A stretch of 64,000 nt of DNA from Deltaproteobacteria bacterium (GTDB taxonomy: Bacteria; Desulfobacterota; Binatia; UBA9968): positions 164-64,163 of the forward strand of contig JACQUW010000216.1 of assembly GCA_016210115.1 (NCBI GenBank). Reading direction: 5' to 3'. The translations under genes were made by a program, and so were the position numbers. Below the pieces are notes generated by a model. The model was not told the origin of the DNA. It worked only from the letters and a program-made list of their open reading frames with translations, and did not search any database. Shown piece after piece: positions 26,420 to 38,759 of the stretch (its first letter is position 1; every line of letters starts with the position of its first letter).

Positions 26420-27914
26420 CGGTCAGCACTGGAACGTCGGAGTCGGGCCCACTGGGTTCATGATAGGCGCTGGCAATATCCCGGATCGAATCGGGAAGCA
26501 AGCCTCCGCCGAAGGAGGCGGCTCGTTTCTGGATCTCACGGATACCGAGCCGTCGTTTTTCCTTTGTGGCGACAACGATCACGTTTTGTACCGTATCCAG
26601 GCTTACGTTCTCGGGCTTGCGGCTGGCGAATAGGTAGATTTGAGGGAAGATGTCGCGCAGTGTCTTAACCACCGATCGGGTGATCTTTCCGCCTGGACCT
26701 GTGACCGCGCCAATGACATTCGCCACCAGGATCCCGTTCGGAGTCAACTTCCGCTCCGCCAGTTGGAAAAACTCCCGTGTGGTGAGATGAAACGGAATCG
26801 CATCGGTATAGTACGCGTCCAGGAGAATCTGATCGTAACGATTGGCTGTCCGGGCGAGAAACTGGCGCCCATCCTGCGCATGGACGCGCAGGTTTTTCCC
26901 TTCCTTTAAAGCAAAGTACTTTCTCGCGACCTGAACCACCTCCGGATCGATCTCAGCGACATCTATTTCGACCGAGGGAAAATCTTTTTGATATCTTTTT
27001 GGAATAGAGCCCCCTCCCAATCCTATAATCAGAACCTTTTGACCGTCCGGCTTAAACACCCATCCCAGCGAAGTGTAGCGCGAATAAATGAGCCTCAAAG
27101 CCGTAGGATCCTCAAGGCTCATCGCGCTCTGGAGCGTCCGGTCAAAGTAGAGATAACGGGCTTCCCGGTCTTCTTCGACACGAATCCTGTGATAAAAAGA
27201 GTCTTTTTCGAGAAGGGTTTTTGTCCAGGCCCAGGCTTGAGGCTCCCCGATGATAGAAATGGCAGCGACAATCAGGAGCGTCGACAATGTCCGTGCCGCC
27301 GTAACGGCGGGCGCCCGCGTGGCCGCGCGCGCCCGCGCCAGAGGCCAGAGGACCACCGACATGAGCACGAGAGTGATTCCGAGGGTATGGATGATATTTC
27401 TTACGCCGAGGATCGGGATCAGATAAAAGGCCGTGAACAAAGTACCGAAAATGCTGCCGCAGGTCGACAGGGCGTAAAGGGTTCCCGCCGTGCTTCCGAC
27501 CGTACTCAGGGTGGTGGCAGCCAGGCGAATGGCATAAGGGGAGACGGTGCCCAGGAAGACTCCCGGAAGAAGGAAATAGAGCGTGCTAGCGATCAGCGGG
27601 TTGAGTCGATTACCAAAATCGGCTGAGGCTATCCAGTTATTGACAGGAGGGTAGATAAACGGAAGAAAAAAGATCATCCCTCCGGGAACCATGAGCAACA
27701 CAAGTAAGCGAGCGAACGATGGGTCTCGTTCCGAAAGCCAACCGCCCCAATAGTACCCGATACTTAAGGCGGCGAGAACCACGGAAATCAAACTTCCCCA
27801 GACGAAGATGGAATTGCCGAAGTGCGGAGCAAGGACCCGGCTTCCGACAATCTCGAGTGCCATGAGTACGGCTCCGCTTACAAAGACAATCAGGTTTAGC
27901 AACAAGCGAGTCAT
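26382..27914 (-). CDS. Membrane domain fused to a spermidine-synthase-like domain (shorter paralog type)
   Basis: 510 aa. About 7-8 N-terminal TM helices, then VLIIGLGGGSIPK, VEIDVAEIDPEVV, YDQILLDAYYTDAIPFHLTTREFF and NGILVANV. Confidence 0.8.
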   Translation of the reverse strand: MTRLLLNLIVFVSGAVLMALEIVGSRVLAPHFGNSIFVWGSLISVVLAALSIGYYWGGWLSERDPSFARLLVLLMVPGGMIFFLPFIYPPVNNWIASADFGNRLNPLIASTLYFLLPGVFLGTVSPYAIRLAATTLSTVGSTAGTLYALSTCGSIFGTLFTAFYLIPILGVRNIIHTLGITLVLMSVVLWPLARARAATRAPAVTAARTLSTLLIVAAISIIGEPQAWAWTKTLLEKDSFYHRIRVEEDREARYLYFDRTLQSAMSLEDPTALRLIYSRYTSLGWVFKPDGQKVLIIGLGGGSIPKRYQKDFPSVEIDVAEIDPEVVQVARKYFALKEGKNLRVHAQDGRQFLARTANRYDQILLDAYYTDAIPFHLTTREFFQLAERKLTPNGILVANVIGAVTGPGGKITRSVVKTLRDIFPQIYLFASRKPENVSLDTVQNVIVVATKEKRRLGIREIQKRAASFGGGLLPDSIRDIASAYHEPSGPDSDVPVLTDDYAPTDNLLHP

Positions 27915-27925
27915 GAAAACGTCTC

Positions 27926-29917
27926 CTATCCCCAGTCCTCTTCCTCGTTTATCAGAGTTACCGGCTCAAGCAGCTCTTCTGCAATGCTTTCGACGAACTG
28001 GGACGGCCGGGACAGCACGGTCCGCAATCCGCGGTCGAAGATTTTGATTGGGTAAGTAATGTAGAGGTTTTCTTTCGCGCGGGTGGCGGCCACGTACAGA
28101 AGCCGTCGCTCTTCCTCCAACTGCTCTTCTGTATTGATGTTGTAATAAGAAGGGAATCGGCCCTCGAGCGCCCAAATCACGAAAACCGAGTGCCATTCCA
28201 AACCTTTGGCCGAATGGATAGTGGAGAGCACCAGGGGTCCTTCGTCCGGATCAACAGGGAGAACATCCCGTACGCTATCAGTCGGAGGCTCCAAGGCCAT
28301 GTCGCTCAGGAGCCGTTCCAAACTCCGATAGCGTTCCGCCATGCCCTGAAAATGCTCCAGATCCTTAAGCCGCTTCGGATAATCGTCCGGGTATTTCCTC
28401 TTGAGAACGGGCACGTAGTGCTGCATGAGATACTGCGCCATTTCAGGCGGACGTTGGCAGTCCGAACACATGTCGAGAACCTGCGCGAGCGTCTTTAAAC
28501 CCTGCGCCACCTTTGGCTTCGCCTCGAAGGAGCGTAACCGCTGTGCCGGGTTTTCTCCTTGCAGCAGCCACCCGATGATTTTCTGGCTGAGCTGCGATCC
28601 GACTCCTTCCAGAAGCAAAAGAACCCGGCTCCAGGAGATCATGTCCTGGGGGTTGGCAAGGATTCTAAGATGCGCGAGGAGATCCTTGATATGCGCGCTC
28701 TCCATAAACTGGAACCCGCCGCGTTTCACAAACGGGATGTTGTGGCGCGCGAGTTCGATTTCGAGATCGAAGGAGTGGAAACTCGATCGGAAGAGCACTG
28801 CGATGTCCCAAAGAGGCACTCCCTCTTCTCTCAACTCGAGGATCTTCTGGCAGACGAAGCGCGATTGCATCTGCTCGCTCTCCGCCCGCACTAAAAGGGG
28901 AACATCGCCATCGGTTTTGCGGGTGAAGAGGTTCTTTTCGTAGCGTTCACGCGCCTGTCGGATGATCTCGTTCGTAAAGCTCAAAATGGGCTGGGTGCTC
29001 CGGTAATTCTCTTCAAGAGAGACGATCCGGGTTCCGGGAAAGTCCCTGGGAAAGTCCATGATGTTGCGGAAATTGGCTCCGCGAAAAGAATAAATGCTCT
29101 GGGCGTCATCGCCTACGACCATGACATTATCATGACCTGCGGCCAGGAGGCGAACGATCTGGGCTTGAAGCTGGTTCGTATCCTGATACTCATCCACCAT
29201 AATAAAACTGTAGGAGTCGGAAAGGCGGCGGCGCACATCTTCGTGCCGGGCGAGCAGATCTTTAAGACAGATCAAAAGGTCGTCGTAATCGAGTAGAGAT
29301 TTCTCTCTCTTGTATTTTACGTACCGCTCGTAAAGACGCAGCAGATCCTCCATAGCATCGTAAAGGTGGGAGTATTCCTGTTCGATCAGAGCCGGAATCG
29401 TCGATTGCTTGTTCAGGGCCATGCTGAAAATCTCGGCCACGGTTTGCTTTCGGGGGAAACGCCTCTCCTTTTCGTTAAGGCCCATTTCCGTCCGCAGAAG
29501 TTGAATTACGTCCTCGCTGTCCGCGCGATCCATAATCGTGAAGCCCGGGGAGAGATCGATCCACCGGCCATAGTGGCGCAATATCTCGTTGGCAAAGGAG
29601 TGAAAGGTCCCGCCGGCCACGTTGTCACAGCGGCTGTCGATGAGCAGGCTCGCCCTGCGGAGCATCTCCTCAGCAGCGCGCCGGGTAAACGTCAAGAGCA
29701 AAATAGATCGCGGATCAACGCCGATTTCTACCAGATAGGCCACCCGGTAAACCAGGGTGCGGGTCTTGCCTGTACCCGCCCCGGCTATCACCAGAAACGG
29801 GCCCTCGGTTGCCGTCACTGCCTGAAACTGGGCCTCGTTCAACTCTTTGCGATAATCAATGCCAGACGAGATCCGCGCAGGCAGGTCGTTTCTTTTAAGA
29901 ACGTACTTGCGAGCCAA
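27926..29917 (-). CDS. UvrD/PcrA/Rep-family ATP-dependent DNA helicase
   Basis: 663 aa. Walker A VIAGAGTGKTRTL, motif II IMVDEYQDTN, then YRS, TIHSAKGLEW and YVAATRAK. Confidence 0.92.
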   Translation of the reverse strand: MARKYVLKRNDLPARISSGIDYRKELNEAQFQAVTATEGPFLVIAGAGTGKTRTLVYRVAYLVEIGVDPRSILLLTFTRRAAEEMLRRASLLIDSRCDNVAGGTFHSFANEILRHYGRWIDLSPGFTIMDRADSEDVIQLLRTEMGLNEKERRFPRKQTVAEIFSMALNKQSTIPALIEQEYSHLYDAMEDLLRLYERYVKYKREKSLLDYDDLLICLKDLLARHEDVRRRLSDSYSFIMVDEYQDTNQLQAQIVRLLAAGHDNVMVVGDDAQSIYSFRGANFRNIMDFPRDFPGTRIVSLEENYRSTQPILSFTNEIIRQARERYEKNLFTRKTDGDVPLLVRAESEQMQSRFVCQKILELREEGVPLWDIAVLFRSSFHSFDLEIELARHNIPFVKRGGFQFMESAHIKDLLAHLRILANPQDMISWSRVLLLLEGVGSQLSQKIIGWLLQGENPAQRLRSFEAKPKVAQGLKTLAQVLDMCSDCQRPPEMAQYLMQHYVPVLKRKYPDDYPKRLKDLEHFQGMAERYRSLERLLSDMALEPPTDSVRDVLPVDPDEGPLVLSTIHSAKGLEWHSVFVIWALEGRFPSYYNINTEEQLEEERRLLYVAATRAKENLYITYPIKIFDRGLRTVLSRPSQFVESIAEELLEPVTLINEEEDWG

Positions 29918-30018
29918 AGTAACTCCGACGAAAGCTCAACTTACTAATTTTCCTCGAACTGAGCAAGCCGCAATCAGTTGAATCGCGGCTTCAGGTGGCA
30001 ATCGTGTGCTGCAAGGAG

Positions 30019-30051
30019 GCAAAGTCGTTTCCAGGAAGAAAACGACTTTGC
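30019..30051. other. Perfect 12-bp stem-loop (GCAAAGTCGTTT-9 nt-AAACGACTTTGC)
   Basis: Read directly from the sequence. It lies in the 270-bp spacer between the GlsB-like gene end and the helicase gene start. Confidence 0.6.
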
Positions 30052-30104
30052 GGTTCTGGGGACAGCCGTCAGGGAGAAAAGGAATCGTGGAAGGTATTTC
30101 AGGT

Positions 30105-30130
30105 CTTGGCCCGCTGGAAACCGGGCCAAG
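30105..30130 (-). terminator. Hairpin downstream of the GlsB/YeaQ-like gene (CTTGGCCCG-8 nt-CGGGCCAAG)
   Basis: Perfect 9-bp GC-rich stem 58 nt after the minus-strand stop at 30188. No clear U-tract. Confidence 0.35.
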
Positions 30131-30187
30131 GTCAGACCTCAATTCTCGGCAGTTTCTCTAAATCCAGCGCGACCCTGATACTCGTTG

Positions 30188-30442
30188 TCAAATGCTTCGT
30201 CTGCCGAGAACCATTCTATAAAGGAGGAGCAGGATAACCGATCCAACCAGGGCCATTAAGAAGCCCGCGGGCTCACCCTCGCCATACAAGCCGAGCGCAC
30301 GCCCTATAAACCCCCCCAGAAGCGCGCCGGCGATTCCCAACGCGATCGTCACAATAAAGCCGCCAGGATCGCGCCCGGGCATGAGCAGCTTTCCGATGAT
30401 GCCGACGACCAATCCGAATAGTATCCAGCCGATAACACTCAT
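30188..30442 (-). CDS. GlsB/YeaQ/YmgE-family (transglycosylase-associated) small membrane stress protein
   Basis: 84 aa. IGWILFGLVVGIIGKLLMPGRDPGGFIVTIALGIAGALLGGFIG is the family signature. Confidence 0.85.
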   Translation of the reverse strand: MSVIGWILFGLVVGIIGKLLMPGRDPGGFIVTIALGIAGALLGGFIGRALGLYGEGEPAGFLMALVGSVILLLLYRMVLGRRSI

Positions 30443-30726
30443 AAGAACCTCCTTGTAGTTTGTACTTTTGCTCCGGACTAAGCGGGGGCGGAATCGTTTT
30501 TAGAGCTTTATGAGCTCTTTGGAGCGTCCTGGTCTTAGAAAACAGCAACTCTAATGCCAGGCTCAACCTGATTGGTTCTTGTGGCCAGAGAGTGTGTCGG
30601 TCCGGATTTCCCCTGGCGGGGATTCCCTACACTCTTCGCTCCGATCCTGCAACCCGCCGGGCATGCTTGGCCATAGGGTTGGTCGGCCGAGCCACGACAC
30701 GGCGAGAAAGTTCCCCCGCGTGCTGG

Positions 30727-30755
30727 TTGACTTTGGAGAGAAGTTCGATTAGAAA
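30727..30755 (+). promoter_or_regulatory. Sigma-70-like promoter candidate for rplU (TTGACT-N17-TAGAAA)
   Basis: -35 at 30727-30732 and -10 at 30750-30755, 21 nt upstream of the rplU ATG. Confidence 0.3.
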
Positions 30756-30775
30756 ATCAGATTAGGTAAAATCGC

Positions 30776-31090
30776 ATGACATACGCGGTTGTTAGAACGG
30801 GTGGGAAGCAGTACCGGGTCTCCCAGGGGGATGTCCTAAAGGTGGAGAAACTGGAAGGCCAGGTTGGCGACAAAATAGCTCTTGGCGAGGTACTACTGAT
30901 CGGTGGCGATGGCGAGGCAAAAATAGGCACGCCGATTTTGGCTGAAGCCACGGTTACCGGTGAGATCATCGGGCAAGGGCGAGCAAAAAAAATCATCGTT
31001 TTTAAGAAAAAGAGACGCAAGAGCTATAGCCGCAAGCGCGGTCATCGGCAGAGCCAGACCACGCTCAAGATCACCGAGATTCAGGGCTAA
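30776..31090 (+). CDS. rplU: 50S ribosomal protein L21
   Basis: [26 protein letters not shown]... and the C-terminus [14 protein letters not shown]. Confidence 0.95.
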   Translation: MTYAVVRTGGKQYRVSQGDVLKVEKLEGQVGDKIALGEVLLIGGDGEAKIGTPILAEATVTGEIIGQGRAKKIIVFKKKRRKSYSRKRGHRQSQTTLKITEIQG

Positions 31091-31110
31091 TAGCCAAGGG
31101 AGCAGGTTGT

Positions 31111-33594
<2,484 letters not shown>

Positions 33595-33636
33595 CCGCGG
33601 AACTAACAAGCCGGGAACAAGGAGCAGGAAGAGCAA

Positions 33637-34893
33637 ATGTCACTCCAAGACGATGCGATTCTGTTGGGGAAACAAGCTAAAGAGGCCTCTCGCCGTCTGG
33701 CCCGTCTTTCGTCGGAGGAGAAAAATTGGGCGTTGCTCAGAATGGCTGACCGTCTCGAAGCAAAGATGGACTATCTTCTCGAGGAGAATAAAAAGGACCT
33801 GGAGCTGGCTCGAAAAGAAGGACTTTCAGCCGCGCTGCTTGACCGTATCGCGCTCGATCCGGGGCGAATTCGGGCAATGGCAAAGGGCCTTCGTGAGGTG
33901 GCTGCTTTGCCGGATCCTGTGCGGGAGATTGTCAGGATGTGGCGACGTCCCAATGGACTCCAGGTGGGAAGAATGCGCATCCCGCTTGGGGTTGTGGCGA
34001 TTATTTATGAGGCGCGACCGAATGTTACGGCGGATGCCGCCGCTTTGTGCTTGAAATCAGGAAATGCCGTCATCCTGCGGGGCGGAAGCGAAGCGCTTGG
34101 CTCGAACCGCGCTGTTGGCGCGCTGCTGCGCGAAGCTTGCGCCGGAACCCGCATACCCGAGACGGCCATTCAGGTGGTCGAGTCGAAAGATCGAGGTTTG
34201 GTGAATCAGCTCCTGCAACTGGAAGACTACATCGATCTCGTCATACCGCGGGGCGGCGAAGAGCTCATTCGCATGGTGGCGGCCAATTCGCGCGTTCCCG
34301 TGATAAAACATTACAAGGGCGTCTGCCACGTGTATGTCGATAGCGAAGCTTCCCTTGAGATGGCCGAGCGCATCTGCATGAATGCTAAGGTTCAGCGCCC
34401 GGCCGTATGCAACGCCATGGAAACATTGCTCGTGCATGAGGCTATAGCGCCTGCCTTCATTCCCCTCATGGCAGCTAAGCTCAAGTCGGCAGGTGTGGAA
34501 ATCCGCGGGTGCGAGAGAACACGCGGATGGGCGCCGGATGTCAAACCGGCTGACGAAGCGGACTGGTCGAGCGAATATCTGGACCTTATTCTCTCTGTCC
34601 GGGTGGTGAAAGACCTGGACGAGGCGATCGAACATATCGAGCGTTATGGATCACAACACACGGAGACGATTGTCACCTCGAATTATCAGAAGGCCAGGGA
34701 CTTTGTCGATCGGGTGGATTCGTCGGCCGTAATGGTTAACGCCTCAACCCGCTTCAACGATGGAGGAGAACTTGGATTGGGCGCGGAAATCGGGATCAGC
34801 ACCAGCAAGATACATGCTTTTGGTCCGATGGGCCTCGAGGAGCTCACCACCACGAAATTTGTGGTCTTTGGCGATGGCCAGGTAAGGCAATGA
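33637..34893 (+). CDS. proA: Gamma-glutamyl phosphate reductase
   Basis: 418 aa. [20 protein letters not shown] (catalytic Cys) and GSQHTE. Confidence 0.93.
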   Translation: MSLQDDAILLGKQAKEASRRLARLSSEEKNWALLRMADRLEAKMDYLLEENKKDLELARKEGLSAALLDRIALDPGRIRAMAKGLREVAALPDPVREIVRMWRRPNGLQVGRMRIPLGVVAIIYEARPNVTADAAALCLKSGNAVILRGGSEALGSNRAVGALLREACAGTRIPETAIQVVESKDRGLVNQLLQLEDYIDLVIPRGGEELIRMVAANSRVPVIKHYKGVCHVYVDSEASLEMAERICMNAKVQRPAVCNAMETLLVHEAIAPAFIPLMAAKLKSAGVEIRGCERTRGWAPDVKPADEADWSSEYLDLILSVRVVKDLDEAIEHIERYGSQHTETIVTSNYQKARDFVDRVDSSAVMVNASTRFNDGGELGLGAEIGISTSKIHAFGPMGLEELTTTKFVVFGDGQVRQ

Positions 34894-35062
34894 AATTAGC
34901 CTCTAAGGGAACAGAGTTCCGTCCAAAAAACCATCCGCCGGAATCCGGTAATATTTTGGTCAGGCCCGAGAGGGCACGTTCAATGCATCCTTCGTTCAGA
35001 TTTCCCCCCGGGCCTTCGCGAGTTTCCTGAACGAGGTCTTGTAGAAAGGCTATTCATCCCTG

Positions 35063-35725
35063 ATGAAAATCGGCCTCTTCGGCGGCACGTTCGATCCAAT
35101 TCACTGGGGTCATCTGCGCAGCGCCGAAGAGGTGCGAGAGGCCTTCTCTCTGGACCGTCTCCTCTTTGTTCCGACCTCGATTCCTCCTCACAAGCGGGCT
35201 GTACCCACCAGTCCGGCGCGCGACAGGGTAAAAATGGTTCGATTGGCGATTGCTAAGAACCCCGGATTCCGCCTTTCGAGCGTCGAAATTTCCCGCCCCG
35301 GAAAATCCTATTCCATCGATACCGTCCGCCATTTTGCGCGAAAATGTTCCGGCAAAAATTCACTTTATTTCGTTCTCGGTCTGGATGCATTTCGAGAGAT
35401 CGGCTCGTGGAAGGACTATCGAGACCTGTTCCCCCTTAGTCACTGGATTGTGACTTCCAGGCCCGGCTCGGGCGGAGCCTTGTCGCTCGGGAGGATGCCC
35501 GTTGCGGTCAAAAACCTGTTTTGTTATGATAAAAAAAAACGTGCATATCGTCATCAAAGTGGGACATATCTGTTCTTTCTCAAAATCTCTGATATTGGGA
35601 TCTCTTCTTCTGAGATCCGCAATCGCGTGAGCAGAGGGAGGTCGATCCGCTATCTGGTTCCCTTGGAGGTTGAAAGCTACATCAGAAAAAGAGGCCTGTA
35701 TCAAGCGCGACAGGAGGGGCGGTAA
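35063..35725 (+). CDS. nadD: Nicotinate-nucleotide adenylyltransferase
   Basis: MKIGLFGGTFDPIHWGH (HxGH motif) and ISSSEIR near the C-terminus. Confidence 0.92.
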   Translation: MKIGLFGGTFDPIHWGHLRSAEEVREAFSLDRLLFVPTSIPPHKRAVPTSPARDRVKMVRLAIAKNPGFRLSSVEISRPGKSYSIDTVRHFARKCSGKNSLYFVLGLDAFREIGSWKDYRDLFPLSHWIVTSRPGSGGALSLGRMPVAVKNLFCYDKKKRAYRHQSGTYLFFLKISDIGISSSEIRNRVSRGRSIRYLVPLEVESYIRKRGLYQARQEGR

Positions 35726-35730
35726 CGAGA

Positions 35731-36135
35731 TTGACAGGGGTTAGCTCCTGGGAAAAGGCCATTCTCCTGAGCCGCTTTGCGCTGGAGAAAAAGGCCTACG
35801 ATCTGGTCCTGATTGAAGTGGGGAATGCCACTTCCATTGCCGATTATTTTATTATCTGCTCCGGACGGTCAGACCGACAGGTACAGAGCATCGCGCAAGG
35901 AATTGAGGAAAATCTAGCCGAGTACGGAATCTCGCCCTTGTCCATCGAGGGGCTGGGCCGGGGGCAGTGGGTTTTGATGGATTTTTCCGACGTGATCGTT
36001 CACATCTTCTACCAACCTCTTCGGGAATTCTATGATCTTGAAGGGCTCTGGAGTCATGCGCCGCGGGTGGAGCTCCCCGAGCCCTATTCGACTCTGGTTA
36101 ACCAATTCAGCCTCAGGGCTGGCAATGTTCCCTGA
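35731..36135 (+). CDS. rsfS: Ribosome silencing factor
   Basis: TTG start. KKAYDLVLIEVGNATSIADYFIICSGRSDRQVQSIA and WVLMDFSDVIVHIF. Conserved position after nadD. Confidence 0.88.
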   Translation: MTGVSSWEKAILLSRFALEKKAYDLVLIEVGNATSIADYFIICSGRSDRQVQSIAQGIEENLAEYGISPLSIEGLGRGQWVLMDFSDVIVHIFYQPLREFYDLEGLWSHAPRVELPEPYSTLVNQFSLRAGNVP

Positions 36136-36278
36136 ATGGCGCCAGGCTTAGCCGTCTGGAGGTCTCTTCATGGGGTGGTCCAACCCGAGGACGAGCCTCA
36201 TTTCAACTTTCAAAATGGTATTCGGATTCGGCGTCTTTTAAGATTTCTTCTAAGGCAGAACAGGAAAAGGAGGGCCTC

Positions 36279-37808
36279 TTGATTGTTCATCGTCCTGTTG
36301 TCTTGATTGTTCTGGATGGGTGGGGCGTTAACCCAAAGAGAGAGGGCAACGCCATCGCCGAAGCATCTACGCCCAACATGAACGGTCTGGCGGCGCGTTA
36401 TCCTACAACAACCCTTTCGATTTCCGGAGTGGACGTGGGATTGCCCGACGGGCAGATGGGAAATTCCGAAGTCGGTCATATGCACCTCGGCTCTGGCCGG
36501 GTCATTTATCAGGATCTCACTCTCATCCACGGCGCGATCGATGACGGCAGGTTTTTTTCCAACAGAGTTTTCCTCAACGTTTTTAATAGGACAAAACAGG
36601 CGGGAGGGCGGCTCCATCTCATGGGCTTGTTGAGCGATGGCGGAGTGCACAGCCACCAGCGCCATCTGGAAGCGCTGATCGAGATGGCCTCCCGGGAAAA
36701 GGTCGGACAAATTTTTATCCATCCTTTTCTCGATGGCAGGGATACACCACCCACAAGCGGAGAGCATTTCCTCCTGGCGCTCATCGAATTTCTCAAGGAT
36801 TACCCTGAAGCGCAGATCGCAACGGTGAGCGGTCGCTATTACGCGATGGACCGCGATAAAAGATGGGATAGAACGGAAAAGGCTTATCTGGCGCTGACCG
36901 AAGGTGTAGGAGTTCAGGCGCTATCGCCTTTGGAGGCGGTTCGACAGAGCTACCGGGAGGGGATCACCGATGAATTCGTCCTCCCGACCGTCATACAAAG
37001 CTGTGGCACGATTCAGGACCGCGATGGAGTGATTTTCTTCAACTTCCGCGCCGACCGGGCGCGGCAGATGACGCGAGCTTTGACGGACGAGAATTTCGAT
37101 GAATTTCCGCGCAGCCGACGCATCTCATTTTCTTCCTTTGCGACCATGACGGAATACGACCCGCGCTTTGCTTTGCCTGCAGCGTTTCCGCCAAGGGATC
37201 TCAAAAACATCTTGGGCGAGATTGTCAGCCGGGCGGGAATTCGCCAGTTGCGCCTTGCTGAGACAGAGAAATATGCTCATGTGACTTATTTTTCTAATGG
37301 CGGTGAAGAGCAGCAATTCCCCCTGGAGGACAGAATTCTCGTTCCCTCCACGAAGGAGGTCCCCACTTACGATCTCAAGCCGGAGATGAGCGCTTTTGAA
37401 ATTACTGACGACCTCATCAAACAGATCAGCGAGCGCGACTACGGGTTGGCCATTGTCAATTATGCCAATGCCGACATGGTCGGCCATACCGGGAATTTTG
37501 CGGCAACGGTTCGCGCGTGCGAAGTGGTGGACGCCTGTATTGGCAGGGCGGTTGAGGCCGTTTTGAAGCGGAGCGGCCGGGTCATTATCACGGCAGATCA
37601 CGGTAACGCGGAGCAGATGCTTGACTATGACACCGGCGCCGTTCACACCGCGCACACGTCCAATCCGGTGCCGCTTATTCTTGTCGATGAAGCGCTCAAA
37701 AACAACTCTCTCAAACCGGGAACGGCGACCGACGTGGCTCCGACTATCCTGGAGTTGCTGGGCCTTCCGCAACCGCCGGAAATGACGGGCCGCTGCCTGC
37801 TCCTATAG
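36279..37808 (+). CDS. gpmI: 2,3-bisphosphoglycerate-independent phosphoglycerate mutase
   Basis: TTG start after SD AAGGAGG. PVVLIVLDGWG, MGNSEVGHMHLG, DGGVHSH, ANADMVGHTG and TADHGNAE. Confidence 0.95.
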   Translation: MIVHRPVVLIVLDGWGVNPKREGNAIAEASTPNMNGLAARYPTTTLSISGVDVGLPDGQMGNSEVGHMHLGSGRVIYQDLTLIHGAIDDGRFFSNRVFLNVFNRTKQAGGRLHLMGLLSDGGVHSHQRHLEALIEMASREKVGQIFIHPFLDGRDTPPTSGEHFLLALIEFLKDYPEAQIATVSGRYYAMDRDKRWDRTEKAYLALTEGVGVQALSPLEAVRQSYREGITDEFVLPTVIQSCGTIQDRDGVIFFNFRADRARQMTRALTDENFDEFPRSRRISFSSFATMTEYDPRFALPAAFPPRDLKNILGEIVSRAGIRQLRLAETEKYAHVTYFSNGGEEQQFPLEDRILVPSTKEVPTYDLKPEMSAFEITDDLIKQISERDYGLAIVNYANADMVGHTGNFAATVRACEVVDACIGRAVEAVLKRSGRVIITADHGNAEQMLDYDTGAVHTAHTSNPVPLILVDEALKNNSLKPGTATDVAPTILELLGLPQPPEMTGRCLLL

Positions 37809-37980
37809 TGAAAGCAATAATGTGTTGAGATAAATCACCTCCCCTCAGTCGCCTCCCGCCAAGGGAGGGGAGAGCTGTCAAGTTTCCCCCTTTGCGGGGC
37901 TTTGCGGGAGAGGGCCTGCCCTGAGTGTCGAACGGTCAGGGTGAGGCGTATGTAAACTTGTTTATGATCGTCACCATAGA

Positions 37981-38745
37981 ATGACTGAGTTTTTGAATTT
38001 TGTTCGTTCTGTGGATTTTGGTTCGATTCTGGACTGGCTCTATCCGCCTCGCTGCCGCTTCTGCAGGGAACGGATTGCTGGCCGCGATGAGGAGTGTTTT
38101 TGTACGGCCTGCCGGCGCCGGATTCGGCTGATCACTCCTCCTTTTTGCCCCCGATGTGGCCGCCCATTCTTGGACGCAGGAGGAGAGAATCATCTCTGTG
38201 GCGCCTGCCTTTCACGCTCGCCCGGTTTTGCGACGGCCCGCGCTTGGGTCTGCTACCCGCGAGAGGAAATCGTTGATCATCCCTTAAGAGAAGTTCTACA
38301 GCGGTTCAAGTATGGGAAAAAAGTCGCGCTGGGAAAACCATTGGGGCGACTCCTGGCGGAGGGCTGTATGAGGTCTTTTCCGCAAGTGTATTTTGATGCC
38401 ATCATCCCCGTTCCGCTTCACCGGAAGAGACTTCGCTGGAGAGGGTTCAATCAGGCTGTGGTTCTGGCGCGAGAAGTCAGTCGCGCCTGGAACGTACCTG
38501 TGGACCCGTTTGTTCTGTCAAGAACGCGTGAGACTCCTCCACAAACCCAATTGACCGAGGAAGAGAGACGAAAGAACGTACGCGGCGCGTTTGTCCTGAA
38601 TCGAAAGAAGTCTGTTAAAAGGAAGGTTTTGTTGCTGGTTGATGATGTTTATACCTCCGGGGCCACGGCTCGCGAATGCAGCCGCGTGCTGCGCCGGGCA
38701 GGTGCCAAGGAGGTTCATGTGCTTACCCTTGCCAGAGCTGTCTGA
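37981..38745 (+). CDS. ComF-family protein (phosphoribosyltransferase domain with N-terminal Cys-rich zinc ribbon)
   Basis: CRFC...CTAC...CPRCG...CGAC double zinc ribbon and the PRTase motif VLLLVDDVYTSGAT. Confidence 0.85.
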   Translation: MTEFLNFVRSVDFGSILDWLYPPRCRFCRERIAGRDEECFCTACRRRIRLITPPFCPRCGRPFLDAGGENHLCGACLSRSPGFATARAWVCYPREEIVDHPLREVLQRFKYGKKVALGKPLGRLLAEGCMRSFPQVYFDAIIPVPLHRKRLRWRGFNQAVVLAREVSRAWNVPVDPFVLSRTRETPPQTQLTEEERRKNVRGAFVLNRKKSVKRKVLLLVDDVYTSGATARECSRVLRRAGAKEVHVLTLARAV

Positions 38746-38759
38746 GTGAGGAGTTTTGA

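Noticed and set aside
35527-35537. A9 homopolymer inside nadD (YDKKKRAY) as a possible slippage or frameshift site
   Set aside because: The reading frame is intact across the tract and the protein continues with conserved NadD C-terminal motifs. It is just a Lys-Lys-Lys codon run.
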